In this document: positions 40,240 to 50,807 of the stretch, one piece after another
How positions within the stretch are numbered: position 1 is the stretch's first letter
Layout of the letters: the number at the start of each line of letters is the position of its first letter
Source: Promethearchaeota archaeon
Lineage (GTDB): Archaea > Asgardarchaeota > Lokiarchaeia > Sigyniarchaeales > SOKP01
Assembly (NCBI GenBank): GCA_019058365.1
Contig: JAHPZE010000001.1
Location: 32,001-96,000, forward strand
Length of the DNA: 64,000 nucleotides
Direction: 5' to 3'
The notes under the pieces: generated by a model
What the model saw: only the letters and a program-made list of their open reading frames with translations
Database searches by the model: none
What the model was told of the DNA's origin: nothing
Position numbers and translations under genes: made by a program

Positions 40240-40833
40240 TTATTTTTTTTCTTCTGCTTTTGCTCTCTCTTTTTTCAATTTTGCAGCATTATCCAATAAT
40301 TTTTTAAATCCAACAGCATTCATTAATTCTTGACATTCCTTCAAAGCTTCAGGATAAGAATGAACTGTTGGTGGTAATGGTGGTAATCCATACGATTCTC
40401 TTAAGTCTCTCCATCTTTTATTTGCTTCTCCATTTGCGGGTACACCATGGCCAGTAGCATAGAATATATCATTAGCTAACCCAAAATGTGAATCCAATAT
40501 AAATCCTTCTTCCACAGCGATATTTCTAAGCTTTATAATCAAATCGGTTACTGGAATATTACGAGGGCATCTTTCATAACAATAATAACAAGTTGAACAC
40601 ATCCAAATATCAATGTCTTGTAAAACAGATTCGTCACCTGTTAATGCACGACGGAGAGCAGAACGAGTCCTATATGCTGTTCGACGTCCACTTGGGCAAC
40701 TTCCGGTACAAGTTCCGCAATTGATACATGCTCTTATTTTTTCTAATCCCGCGTCAACAAACTTTTGTGCAATTCTAGAGTTTGTAGACTTATAGACCTT
40801 TCTTTTTATATACTTTTCTACATTTTCGCTCAT
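40240..40833 (-). CDS. hdrC: Heterodisulfide reductase subunit C
   Basis: CINCGTCTGSCPS, WMCSTCYYCYERCPR; probable start MSENVE. Confidence 0.92.
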   Translation of the reverse strand: MSENVEKYIKRKVYKSTNSRIAQKFVDAGLEKIRACINCGTCTGSCPSGRRTAYRTRSALRRALTGDESVLQDIDIWMCSTCYYCYERCPRNIPVTDLIIKLRNIAVEEGFILDSHFGLANDIFYATGHGVPANGEANKRWRDLRESYGLPPLPPTVHSYPEALKECQELMNAVGFKKLLDNAAKLKKERAKAEEKK

Positions 40834-41118
40834 TAATCTATCAAATCCCCTATGTTGTGTAAAAATTGATTTGCGATTTTGTAAAAAAACAAGGTATTTA
40901 CAATTAAGTGTTTGATCAAACAAATTGATTGATAATCTTAAGAAGGTAAAAGTATTTTTATTAAAAAAATTTGTTATCGATAATTCATAACAAAATTCAA
41001 AATAACAATTATTTCTTATATTTTACATTTTTATAAGGAGTTAAAAAAAGGAAATTTCCAATAAAGAATTGGGAATAATTAGACTAATTTTTTGAGATAA
41101 TTACTAGTTATACTTTTT

Positions 41119-41355
41119 CTAATCTTTATTGTAAGTATTACTACTCAATTCATCTAAATATTCAATTTGTTTTTCTCTAGATAAAAATGCTATTTCTTTT
41201 TTTATTTTCTTTTTCTTTTCCTTGTCTAAATTTAATTGTTTTAATTTTTCTCGTATATCTTTTGATAAAACAGTGTAAATTCTCATAAAATACTTTTTTA
41301 TTTCTGGAACATCTTCTAAATCTTTTTCTTCTTGATCTCTGTTTATGCTCAACAC
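41119..41355 (-). pseudogene. Probable C-terminal remnant of a degraded gene
   Basis: 78-aa protein-like ORF (KKEIAFLSREKQIEYLDEL) with stop-riddled coding-like sequence upstream. Confidence 0.35.
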
Positions 41356-41887
41356 CTATTTAGACTCATTTTCAATAACGTCATAATCATCTGCTTTTTT
41401 AATTTTATTTTTTTCTAAATAAAGTATAATTTAAATTTATAATAAAAAATTTGGAGTCCAATTCTTCTATAAATTAGTACCTAATTCATAAATTATGTGC
41501 AATTCCATAATAGATTAAAAGCCCAAAAGGGATGATAACTAAAGAGAGAAATGTTCATATTAATTTAAAAATCGGATCTTGCCATGTATTATATAATATA
41601 GCTCCATAAGAAGTAAAGAACATTCCATAACTTTGGACTTGTCATCGTTTTTGTTCAATTTCGATTGCATCGCATAATAAAAACATAACTAATTTATCTT
41701 GATTATTTATGACAGGATTTTGTTTATAAAAAACACAAATTTACCTATAAAAGTTCCATCTGAATTTTAAAAGAATTATTTAGTGACGCAATAATAACCA
41801 AATCTTAGTAAAAGAGGTTTTATTTATATCTTAGTTTATATTAACATTTTCGTAATAGTTATATAAACAAAAAAATTTGAAATTATG

Positions 41888-42916
41888 CTATAAAAGAAAT
41901 TTTTTCAAAATCTTATCATTTTCTATTTCAATGGTCATTTCTTTTGTTAAATTGTTATAATCAGTTCCATAGATAACTTGACCTTTTAATTGATTAAAAT
42001 CAGAATACCGTAAAGTCAAGGATGCAGCAAATTTTAATGAATTTTTATTATAATCTTCTTGTACAAGTGTAATTGGTCCGGGAACTCCTTTAGCTTCAAA
42101 TATTAAATCACTTGGTTTTTTGAGAGTTAGTAGTTTATTATTTTCGAATTCATTTCTTCCTACTATAATTTTTGTATTTTTATATCGGAAATGACGTCCT
42201 ACTTTTAAAAAATTTATATCTTCAATTTTTGGCTTTTTATGAAATTTGAGATAATCATTCATACGATTTGTAAAATTCTCATCTGTTAGGAGGCATCCTC
42301 CACAAGCATAATAATTATCTAATAATCCATGGGTTCTTGCAATCTCCATTTGGATTTTTCTACCCCTTCCTTTTATTCCTAGTAATAGTTTTCGATCAAT
42401 TAATCCTTGCTCTTCATAAATAGTGGGTTTTAGCTGGAGAGCAGATAAGGGTCTTAAAAGTCTACCTTCCAGACCTGCTTCTTTCTCAACAATCCTTAAC
42501 GCTCTCAAATGTTGGGATTTTGGTCTCTGATTTAGAACTTCTCCAGTGAATATCAAATTGGCTTTTATTCTTTTCATGAATTCTTTTGCTTTCTTTAAAA
42601 TGTAAATTCTACAATCTATACAAGGATTTAAGTGTTTACCATACCCAAATTTAGGATTTCGAATCAATTCTAAAAAATCTTCTCCTAATGGCAAATAATA
42701 TATTTTAATTCCCAGTTTTTCTTTAAATAAATCTAAATTGCATTCTACATTTGTAGATTCTCTATTATATTGACAAAAGGGTGAGATAAAGTTTAAACCA
42801 ATAACATTAATTCCTTGTAATTGCATTATATGACAAGCTATTAAACTATCTAAACCCCCCGATACTAATCCAAGCCCAGTTAATGTCTTACCGATATTGT
42901 ATTTTTCATTGATCAT
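41888..42916 (-). CDS. PP-loop tRNA thiouridylase-like protein (ThiI/MnmA-related, DUF814-type)
   Basis: SGGLDS, NPCIDC, TGEVLNQRPKSQ, LRPLSA, GGCLLTD, GRHFR. Confidence 0.85.
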   Translation of the reverse strand: MINEKYNIGKTLTGLGLVSGGLDSLIACHIMQLQGINVIGLNFISPFCQYNRESTNVECNLDLFKEKLGIKIYYLPLGEDFLELIRNPKFGYGKHLNPCIDCRIYILKKAKEFMKRIKANLIFTGEVLNQRPKSQHLRALRIVEKEAGLEGRLLRPLSALQLKPTIYEEQGLIDRKLLLGIKGRGRKIQMEIARTHGLLDNYYACGGCLLTDENFTNRMNDYLKFHKKPKIEDINFLKVGRHFRYKNTKIIVGRNEFENNKLLTLKKPSDLIFEAKGVPGPITLVQEDYNKNSLKFAASLTLRYSDFNQLKGQVIYGTDYNNLTKEMTIEIENDKILKKFLL

Positions 42917-43023
42917 ATGATCACTTGAGAAGGAATTAAATTAAGAATAAGTTAAAATTCAAAAACATAAATGTTTTTCCTTAATATTGTATAATCTACT
43001 AAATTGAAGTAATATTTTTGATG

Positions 43024-43641
43024 TCATTCTCTAATCATTGCCCAATTTATTAAATTACTATCTGGTATTTCATATTTTTCGATTATCTTAAATCCAAATC
43101 GGTTATAAATCGGCAAATTTTTCTCATTATTAGTATCTAAAAAACATGGTAAATTCTGTTTATCAATTTGGTTAAACATGGAATTAAATAATATATTAGA
43201 GTAGCCTTTTCCTTGATTTATTGGATTTATACCTATAATTGATAAATACCAATGAAATGAAGTCATAAGTTTCTTATGCTTTGAATAAATATATTTATAA
43301 AATTGATTTTGTTTCTTGACAGCTTTACTCCCTAGTTTAAAGAAATATGAGATTCCTCCATTTAATAACCCCATTAATGGAGTAATTTTTGATCTATTAG
43401 AAGGGAACCATATAGCTATTCCTTCAAGATTAGGTGATGTTATATGAACTATTCCATATTTCATTCCTAATCGAATTAATAGCTCCATCATTGATGATAA
43501 TTTAAATGATCTCTCTTTTGTTTTTGGAAATAAAAATACCATGAGGGGATCATTAAAAAATGCTTTACTAATAATAGAACTTGCTTGCTTAATTTGATTT
43601 TTAGTTAATAAAGTAAGATCTCTTAATGAAATTCTAATCAT
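43024..43641 (-). CDS. GNAT family acetyltransferase
   Basis: AFFNDP, WYLSIIGI.P..QGKG, NLPIYNRFGF. Confidence 0.88.
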   Translation of the reverse strand: MIRISLRDLTLLTKNQIKQASSIISKAFFNDPLMVFLFPKTKERSFKLSSMMELLIRLGMKYGIVHITSPNLEGIAIWFPSNRSKITPLMGLLNGGISYFFKLGSKAVKKQNQFYKYIYSKHKKLMTSFHWYLSIIGINPINQGKGYSNILFNSMFNQIDKQNLPCFLDTNNEKNLPIYNRFGFKIIEKYEIPDSNLINWAMIRE

Positions 43642-44130
43642 TTAGATTAATTAACTCATATCTAAGTTTTTTATAAAAGTAATCGTGTAGAATAATTTAA
43701 AATCATGTATTAAAATATTTAATATCTTAAAATAATAAAGCTAAAAAAAAATCAAGGATAAATATTAATATAATATTAGTACAATTTAAGTAATAATGAT
43801 AACATTAATAAGAGTTGAGTTAAAATCAATTTTAACTAAGTTTATATCCTTTTTTACTTATTTTATTAGCTCTATAATAAGAATTAAAGATACTGGCATC
43901 TAATAAATTTCTTTTACAAGATTACATAATTTAAAAAGCTTTAATAATTACAATTCGTGGATTATTTAAATTTTGATTTAATAATAGTTTAGCCGTTTTA
44001 TAATATTATGCCTGTTTTTTACTTATAAACCAAAAATTTTTAGATTTATTAAAATTATTTACAAAGAGTGATTTAAAGAATTAATTTAGAATAATAATAT
44101 TAATAAAAATATTCAAATAAAAAAAAGTAT

Positions 44131-44243
44131 GCCAGTGTATCCGAGTAGTTAAGGAGGCGGCCTATAGAGCTTAAAACTGACTCTAGCCGAAGCAGAGCCG
44201 TTGCTTTTCAGCATCGTGGGTGCGAATCCCACCGCTGGCTCCA
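44131..44243 (+). tRNA. tRNA-Cys(GCA) with 28-nt intron (44164-44191, position 33/34), long variable arm and encoded CCA
   Basis: Acceptor GCCAGTG/CGCTGGC, U73, CCA; anticodon stem GCGGC/GCCGT; BHB CGGC-CU^A / GCCG-AA^G; spliced loop CU-GCA-GA; T arm GTGGG-TGCGAAT-CCCAC. Confidence 0.88.
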
Positions 44244-44474
44244 TATTTTACTCTTAATTTTAAATATAATTATAAAAACTTGAGAATAAAATTAGCTGAA
44301 TTTTCAAAAAAATTCTAAATCTAAATTTTGATTATGGTAAAGTGCAATTGGATATCCAATATTTGAATATGAAAGAAAACCTATCTGGGTTTATAAAAAT
44401 AGAATAAAATGATAATCAAATTTTTTTTTACCTTGAGAAAGTATTCAAATATTAAAATAAAGATAGGAAAATCT

Positions 44475-46196
44475 TTAGGTACCGTTCATAATTTTCATGT
44501 TTGGAGTATAATACTCGCCAATTGCATAGTTATTGAAGTTTATACTATAATGGTTTCGCCAATGTGCTTTAACATCTTCTAACATTGCTTCCATAACACT
44601 TTCTTTAACTTTTCCTTCTGCGCATATAGTTTTACCTATTGGAGATGCTACAACCTCTCCATCCTTTACAACAATTTGACCGTCTTTTATTGTATAGGTT
44701 GCTAAAGTAAAAGCTTTTTCTATCGCATGTCCATCTATTTTTTTCGGATCTAAATTATATATCGCAACATCACCAATCGCTCCCCTGCCTAAATGACCTC
44801 TATCTGTCATACCTAAACATTTAGCAGTGCCTGCTCGCGTAATTGTACATATTTCACCTAATGTTAATTCACGATCGATATCTCTTAATTGAGATTTCGT
44901 ATTCGCTTTTGGAGAACATTGATTTAAAAGTATATCATCTCTTGATTTCTTATCCATAAGCCATCGAACAATCTGTGGATAGCTTGTAAATGGTCCACCA
45001 TTGGGGTGATCGGTCGTCATAAATATTTGCCAAGGATTCTTGGTAAGGAGCATAAGCTCTAATCCAACTGCCCATTGTACTGCATTCACAGCAACTTTAG
45101 GATCAAATAAATAAGGAACTATACCGGAACCAGATTCCCCTTCTACTTGACCATTTATCCATTTAATTCCAGGTTTAGAGCCCCAAGCTGAAGTGCCGCC
45201 GATATGATGGAGAGCAAATTCCCAAGGCCCGTCTGCAGTCATTGTTGTAGTTGCAGCTTTCCCAAAAATAATTTGACCCGCATCAACAGTAAGATGTTCA
45301 TGTGAATTTAAATATTCAGCTATATCAGCAGCACCAGATTCGAAATCACCCCAAGTAGTACCTCCATATGCATTAAATTGGCAGTGTGTGAGATGAAAAA
45401 CAGATTTTCTTCCTTGTTTTGGTTTAATTTTATCAACAGTCTTAAAAGTCTCAAGTGTATGCTCTTTATTTCCAGGATGTCCTAAATTGTTAGCATGGAC
45501 ATGGATAGTATGAGGTAACTTTAATATTTCATTTACTTTTGATAAGCTTTCTAAAATTTCTCTAGGTGTTACTTCAAAATGAAAAACATGATCATCCAGA
45601 GAATTAACGTTTTTACCCCAAGCCCAATTTTCGACTCCTCCAGGATTTACTATTTTCACAGCATACCCTTTGACTACCTTTAAAATCCAAGCGATGTAAG
45701 CAGCTAATTTTTCATAATTTTTTTGTTTAACATATTCCATTACAAACCAATTATTTCCGAAAAGTGGAAAAGCAGCTTTATCTATAATAGGTGTAACCAA
45801 AAATTCTTCATGAGTATGTCTTGCTTTAAGCAAAGGCATTGCGGGTTCAACGACAGTAGTATATCCTAACCTAGCATAACGATATCCTGTTGCCCATGTT
45901 GATGGCACTGACCAACCAGTTCCACTTCGAGTCAATTTAGTTCTTTTTTCATTACATTCTTCAAGTTTATCATCAGGTCGAAATGAACGTCCAGCATTCA
46001 CTTTAGTTCCTGCAATATGAGCATGTATGTCTACCCCTCCTGGCATCACAATCATTCCAGAAGCGTCAATTACTTTTGCATCCCCATTAACTTTTTCTAC
46101 GACAATCCCATCTTTAATATGGATATCTTTCTTTTCCCCGTCAATATTATTTAATGGATCGTATATTAACCCGTTTTTAATTATTAAATCCTTCAT
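44475..46196 (-). CDS. fwdA: Formylmethanofuran dehydrogenase subunit A
   Basis: GGVDIHAHIAG, KIVNPGG, HVHANNLG, TTDHPNGGPF. Confidence 0.96.
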   Translation of the reverse strand: MKDLIIKNGLIYDPLNNIDGEKKDIHIKDGIVVEKVNGDAKVIDASGMIVMPGGVDIHAHIAGTKVNAGRSFRPDDKLEECNEKRTKLTRSGTGWSVPSTWATGYRYARLGYTTVVEPAMPLLKARHTHEEFLVTPIIDKAAFPLFGNNWFVMEYVKQKNYEKLAAYIAWILKVVKGYAVKIVNPGGVENWAWGKNVNSLDDHVFHFEVTPREILESLSKVNEILKLPHTIHVHANNLGHPGNKEHTLETFKTVDKIKPKQGRKSVFHLTHCQFNAYGGTTWGDFESGAADIAEYLNSHEHLTVDAGQIIFGKAATTTMTADGPWEFALHHIGGTSAWGSKPGIKWINGQVEGESGSGIVPYLFDPKVAVNAVQWAVGLELMLLTKNPWQIFMTTDHPNGGPFTSYPQIVRWLMDKKSRDDILLNQCSPKANTKSQLRDIDRELTLGEICTITRAGTAKCLGMTDRGHLGRGAIGDVAIYNLDPKKIDGHAIEKAFTLATYTIKDGQIVVKDGEVVASPIGKTICAEGKVKESVMEAMLEDVKAHWRNHYSINFNNYAIGEYYTPNMKIMNGT

Positions 46197-46484
46197 TTTA
46201 GTTCTCCTAAATTATCTCTACGAGCTTGATACTTTTTTGTAATAATAATCATTTTGAACAAATCCAATAATTTAAAGAATCAATTATTTTTATAAAGATT
46301 TATTATAAATTTTAAGCATATCATTGTAATACTTTTCAAAATGAAAACTGCTACTTTTTTGCATATGTCTATACTTAAATAAAAGTTTTTATTTGAATAT
46401 TTTAATCTACGGATTAATTCGTTAAAGGTTTTTAGGAATGATTCAATTGCTCAGTTAACTAGTAATGCTTAAGGGGGATTTGTA

Positions 46485-46862
46485 ATAGTAAAAATCTTTA
46501 TCGTAGACGACGATCAATCATTACAGAGCTTATATGGATTAATACTAAGGGAAGCGGGATTTAACATTGTTGAAACTGCAATAAATGGTAAGGATGCTAT
46601 TGAAAAATATAACAAATTTGAAGTAAAACCCGACATAATTTTGATGATTTATCGAATGCCGATTAAAAATGGAGTAGATGCAATGATTGAAATTTTAAAA
46701 ATTAATAAAAATAAGAAAATTATTTTTGCTAGTGCGGATATTACTGTAAAACACAAAGCTATTTCACTTGGAGCATGCGCTTTTCTTGATAAACCATTCA
46801 AAATGCACGAATTGTTAAATAAAATTCAGCAGATAGTAAAAGAATTGGTAGTTGAACAATAA
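46485..46862 (+). CDS. Single-domain response regulator receiver, degenerate or possible pseudogene
   Basis: Frame open from 46473: IVKIFIVDDDQ...ANG.DA...PDIILMIYRMP...GA..FLDKPF. ATA instead of ATG after AGGGGG; phosphoacceptor Asp replaced by Ile. Confidence 0.7.
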   Translation: MVKIFIVDDDQSLQSLYGLILREAGFNIVETAINGKDAIEKYNKFEVKPDIILMIYRMPIKNGVDAMIEILKINKNKKIIFASADITVKHKAISLGACAFLDKPFKMHELLNKIQQIVKELVVEQ

Positions 46863-46933
46863 ATTACCCTAATAAAAAGTATTATTAAATATAAAAAAAA
46901 AAATAATGATTAAAAATCCAAAATCGATTATTA

Positions 46934-47455
46934 TTAATCTCTTCTTGACAGTAATGCAATACAACCATAAAACAATCCAACTGTTAACCCAACACCTAAA
47001 TAGATTACAATATTACCAATTATATATTCAGTAGTAGGGGTAATTACAGAAAGTACAGCCATTATACCTAGTACAATAGCTAAGATTGTACAAATCATTG
47101 CAGTTAGGAACCACCCTGAGAAGGCTTCTTTTCTGTTTTCAGCAAAGAATCCTGAGAGAAAAGCACCTATAATTGGAGCTACAAAATATCCTATATATAG
47201 AATTATTTGAAACGTTGGAATTGTTCCTCCCATCGCAATTGCAGTTCCTATTACTACAAAAATAAGTCCCGGTGATCCTATTGGTGAAGCTATTGGTCCA
47301 AATAGAAGCATGTTCAAAGTACCAAGAAAATCAGTTTGAAATGACGCCATAAATAAATCAAAATGCCCCGATACTAGGTATGCAAGAAGTAAAAATACAA
47401 CATTTAATCCAATAAAAGCGATTAAACTGAACATAAAACTTTTAGCAAAAGCCAT
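46934..47455 (-). CDS. Hypothetical membrane protein
   Basis: 173 aa, about 5 hydrophobic helices. Confidence 0.7.
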   Translation of the reverse strand: MAFAKSFMFSLIAFIGLNVVFLLLAYLVSGHFDLFMASFQTDFLGTLNMLLFGPIASPIGSPGLIFVVIGTAIAMGGTIPTFQIILYIGYFVAPIIGAFLSGFFAENRKEAFSGWFLTAMICTILAIVLGIMAVLSVITPTTEYIIGNIVIYLGVGLTVGLFYGCIALLSRRD

Positions 47456-47909
47456 TTTTTTAACACACTTTAGATTTTAATTTTTTTTTAGTCTCTTATT
47501 ATCCTTATTTAATTTTTTAATTAAATAATAGATAACGTTTTTTACGAGATTTAATTCAACTTAATCATTAATAAAGCTTTCTAAATTTCCTTATTGCCTT
47601 TTATAAAACATTTTTTTCTGGGTTTCTCAAAAAGATTGAAAGATTATAAGGAGATCGATTTTGAACATTTGATATATAAGTCGAATTCATTCTTAGAACT
47701 CAAATAATTCTATACTAATTTTTTGAACAATAAGTTCATAAAATGTACTTAAATAGTAATATATATATTGTAATAACTAATAATGAACTTTTTATCCTAA
47801 ACTATTCATATATTTTAATATTACTAAAATATGATCAAGATTAAATATATGATTTGATCTATTTAGTATAAAAAATTAAAATTAAAAATAAAAAAATAAG
47901 TGTTAAAAT

Positions 47910-48446
47910 ATGGGTGCTGGAAAAATTTTAATAATTTTTGGAGCAATATTAACACTAGTCTCTACTTTTTTCTTGAGTTTGGTTACCGTTGATATGCCAG
48001 GAGCAATATTATGGTTAGAAGCGGGATTAAATTATGGAAATGGCATGAATTTCTTTATGCATATAACGTATTTATTCACTGATACAGGGACTGTTGCGAC
48101 GCAATTTGGACTACCTGTTTATTTAATATACATTATTATTGTGCTACTAATCTTTTTTGTGATTTCGGGTGTTATTCAGCTAATAGGAATAAAAAGTAGG
48201 GCTGCTGCGATCATTGGATCCATAATGCCACTGTTTATTGGAATTATTATCATTTTGGGTAGTTTTATGACGACACTTCCAGCAATTTTAGCTGGATTTG
48301 GATCATTTCAATTAGACAGTGCATTAGTAGCAGGTATTGTACCGTTTGACCTTCCTCTTGGAGGAATATCTCTTGGTGCATATCTTTTAGTCGCAGGTGG
48401 AGCATTGGCTTTCATTGGTGGTATCATTGGTACTTCAGATCTCTAA
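47910..48446 (+). CDS. Hypothetical membrane protein
   Basis: 178 aa, about 4 hydrophobic helices. Confidence 0.7.
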   Translation: MGAGKILIIFGAILTLVSTFFLSLVTVDMPGAILWLEAGLNYGNGMNFFMHITYLFTDTGTVATQFGLPVYLIYIIIVLLIFFVISGVIQLIGIKSRAAAIIGSIMPLFIGIIIILGSFMTTLPAILAGFGSFQLDSALVAGIVPFDLPLGGISLGAYLLVAGGALAFIGGIIGTSDL

Positions 48447-48471
48447 ATATAAAATATAATTTAACTTTTTT

Positions 48472-49170
48472 TTAATTATTTTTTCTTTCCTTCATATTAA
48501 TTTCTTTTATTTTCTCAAGATCTATTAATTCATTTACATTAATAAAGGAAGATAAATTTTCATCGATAATCTTGATATTTTTTTCAATAGAGATAAAATT
48601 TGTTTTCCATTTAGCACTTAATAAGTTTGTTAATTTATATGATTGAATTTTTAAATTTTTTTTAGCCGTTTTTAAAGCTTTTTTAACGGGATAAATTGCC
48701 ACTAGTGGTTCTAAAAAACCATTTTCCCATTGAGGTATACAACAATCGTAATTTTTACATCGTTCAATTAAATATTTTAATACTTCCTTTTTTATTAAAG
48801 GAGTATCGCAAGATAACACTAAAACTTTTTTATATCTTAGTCTTTTTAACTCTTTAAAAGTAGAAAATAAACCAATCATAGGTGTTATTAGAGTTTTATC
48901 GCTTGTTATATCTTTATCATCAATGATAAAGGCGGTTAGATTGTTTATATCAATCTTTTCCATATATTTTTGCGTTTGTTTTAGGGAATTGGCAACTAGA
49001 AATATATCATATTTAAACTCACTTAATTTATCAAGTAAGTAAGATATAAGGGGTTTTCCAGAAAGTTCAAAAAGTCCTTTATCACTTCCAAATCGACTGC
49101 TTTTTCCTCCAATTAGAACCGCGATTGCTAAGAATTTAGATTTATTCCTTTTTTTTAACACTTTTTTCAT
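48472..49170 (-). CDS. mobA: Molybdenum cofactor guanylyltransferase
   Basis: LIGGKSSRFGSDKG, LSCDTP, EPLVAIY, FINVN. Confidence 0.9.
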   Translation of the reverse strand: MKKVLKKRNKSKFLAIAVLIGGKSSRFGSDKGLFELSGKPLISYLLDKLSEFKYDIFLVANSLKQTQKYMEKIDINNLTAFIIDDKDITSDKTLITPMIGLFSTFKELKRLRYKKVLVLSCDTPLIKKEVLKYLIERCKNYDCCIPQWENGFLEPLVAIYPVKKALKTAKKNLKIQSYKLTNLLSAKWKTNFISIEKNIKIIDENLSSFINVNELIDLEKIKEINMKERKNN

Positions 49171-49269
49171 TGGAATATTTAATATTTTATTAAACTAATA
49201 ATTAAAAATTATATATGATTTAAATTAATTGAAGATAATAAAACTGATTCTCTCAATCTATCTAATATC

Positions 49270-50793
49270 ATGCTTCTTAAAAGAAAAATAAAACAAATGA
49301 GAGAAAAACCTAGAGAGCATTGTGCTATTTTTGGTGTAACTTGTGATGATCTTGGTTTTTCAGTCTCAAATCTTTTGTATCAAGGATTAATTGCTTTGCA
49401 ACATCGAGGTCAAGAATCTACAGGAATATCCATTTTGAAAACTGGAGGTACAATTTTTACATATAAAAAAAATGGATTAGTCTCACAAGTTTTAGAGGAG
49501 AAAATTATTTCACAATATTGGGGAAATGTTGGCATTGGACATAACAGGTATGCTACAACTGGAGCAGTTGGTTTTAACTCCTCTCTTTATATGCAACCAT
49601 TTCATTTCAAAAACAATGAAATTGAATTTTCTATGGCTTTCAATGGAACCATAGCTAATTTTGATGAAATCAAAAAGAAAATGGACGAGATGGGACGCAT
49701 TTTTATCACTGATACTGATACTGAGGTTTTAGCGCAACTAATCGGATCTATTGCTTTAGGAACGGAAGATTGGCCTGAAATTCTAAAGGTTACAAGCAGA
49801 TTATTAGATGGTTCCTATTCTTTAATATTAATGACTTCTGAAGGAGATATTTATGCTATTAGAGATCCATTAGGATTTAAACCTTTATGCATTGGGGAAT
49901 TGAAAACTGAACAACGAAATCTATATTTTGTTGCATCTGAATCATGTGCTATTGATGCTGTTGGAGGGTTATTTTTAAGAGATGTACAACCCGGAGAAAT
50001 TGTACATCTGAGTCATCAGAAAGATATTCATTCAGAGATGGTAATTAAAGCAAACAGAACAGCCATATGTCAATTTGAATATGTATACTTCGCACGACCA
50101 GATTCTATTATTGATGGAGTTTCAGTCGCAGAGGCAAGATCACGATTAGGTATGAATTTAGCTAAGAATGATCCTATTTTAAAAAATTCTGAGATAAGGA
50201 AAAATGCAATTGTAGTTCCAGTTCCAGATTCAGGCCGAAGTGTCGCAGTAGGATATGCAAAAGAAGCAAAGCTTCCTTACATAGAGGGTTTAATGAAGAA
50301 CCGGTACGTACATAGAACATTTATTATGCCTGGTCAAACAAAACGTAAAATTGCTGTAAAAGAGAAGTTGAATCCTATAAAAAGTATTGTAAAGGATAAA
50401 GATGTTATTCTTTTAGATGATTCTATTGTGAGGGGGACAACAACTCAACAAATAGTATCACTATTACGAGAAAAAGGAGGAGCTAAACGGGTTCATTTAC
50501 GTGTTAGTTGTCCCCCAATTGTTAGTCCATGCTATATGGGAATTGATTTTCCTACTAAAAATGAATTAATTGCAGGAAGATTCCAAGACCAGTATGGTGA
50601 CAATTATATAGATGAAATTCAACGAACAATAGGAGCAGATACATTGTTATATCAAACAATAGATAATTTAACTCTAGCGATTGGAAAGGGTAGAAACGAA
50701 TTATGTTTAGCCTGTTTAACAGGTGATTATCAATTAAAATCTGTACAAAAATTAGCAGAATTAGAGCAATCTATTGTTAAAAGTAGAACTTGA
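49270..50793 (+). CDS. purF: Amidophosphoribosyltransferase
   Basis: EHCAIFG propeptide/Cys nucleophile, LQHRGQES, HNRYATTG, FEYVYFARPDS, DDSIVRGTT. Confidence 0.96.
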   Translation: MLLKRKIKQMREKPREHCAIFGVTCDDLGFSVSNLLYQGLIALQHRGQESTGISILKTGGTIFTYKKNGLVSQVLEEKIISQYWGNVGIGHNRYATTGAVGFNSSLYMQPFHFKNNEIEFSMAFNGTIANFDEIKKKMDEMGRIFITDTDTEVLAQLIGSIALGTEDWPEILKVTSRLLDGSYSLILMTSEGDIYAIRDPLGFKPLCIGELKTEQRNLYFVASESCAIDAVGGLFLRDVQPGEIVHLSHQKDIHSEMVIKANRTAICQFEYVYFARPDSIIDGVSVAEARSRLGMNLAKNDPILKNSEIRKNAIVVPVPDSGRSVAVGYAKEAKLPYIEGLMKNRYVHRTFIMPGQTKRKIAVKEKLNPIKSIVKDKDVILLDDSIVRGTTTQQIVSLLREKGGAKRVHLRVSCPPIVSPCYMGIDFPTKNELIAGRFQDQYGDNYIDEIQRTIGADTLLYQTIDNLTLAIGKGRNELCLACLTGDYQLKSVQKLAELEQSIVKSRT

Positions 50794-50807
50794 TTTTAAA
50801 ATGCTTT

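Noticed and set aside
43642-44130. Long AT-rich gap upstream of the tRNA as ncRNA or replication origin
   Set aside because: No GC-rich stems, ORB-like repeats or adjacent cdc6/orc1; cannot be supported.
44131-44243. tRNA-Tyr(ATA) with a canonical 37/38 intron, or tRNA-Sec/Leu/Ser
   Set aside because: The BHB geometry places the cuts at 33/34, giving GCA. G1-C72 and U73 fit Cys, not archaeal Tyr (C1-G72, A73). The 7-bp acceptor and short D-stem exclude tRNA-Sec.
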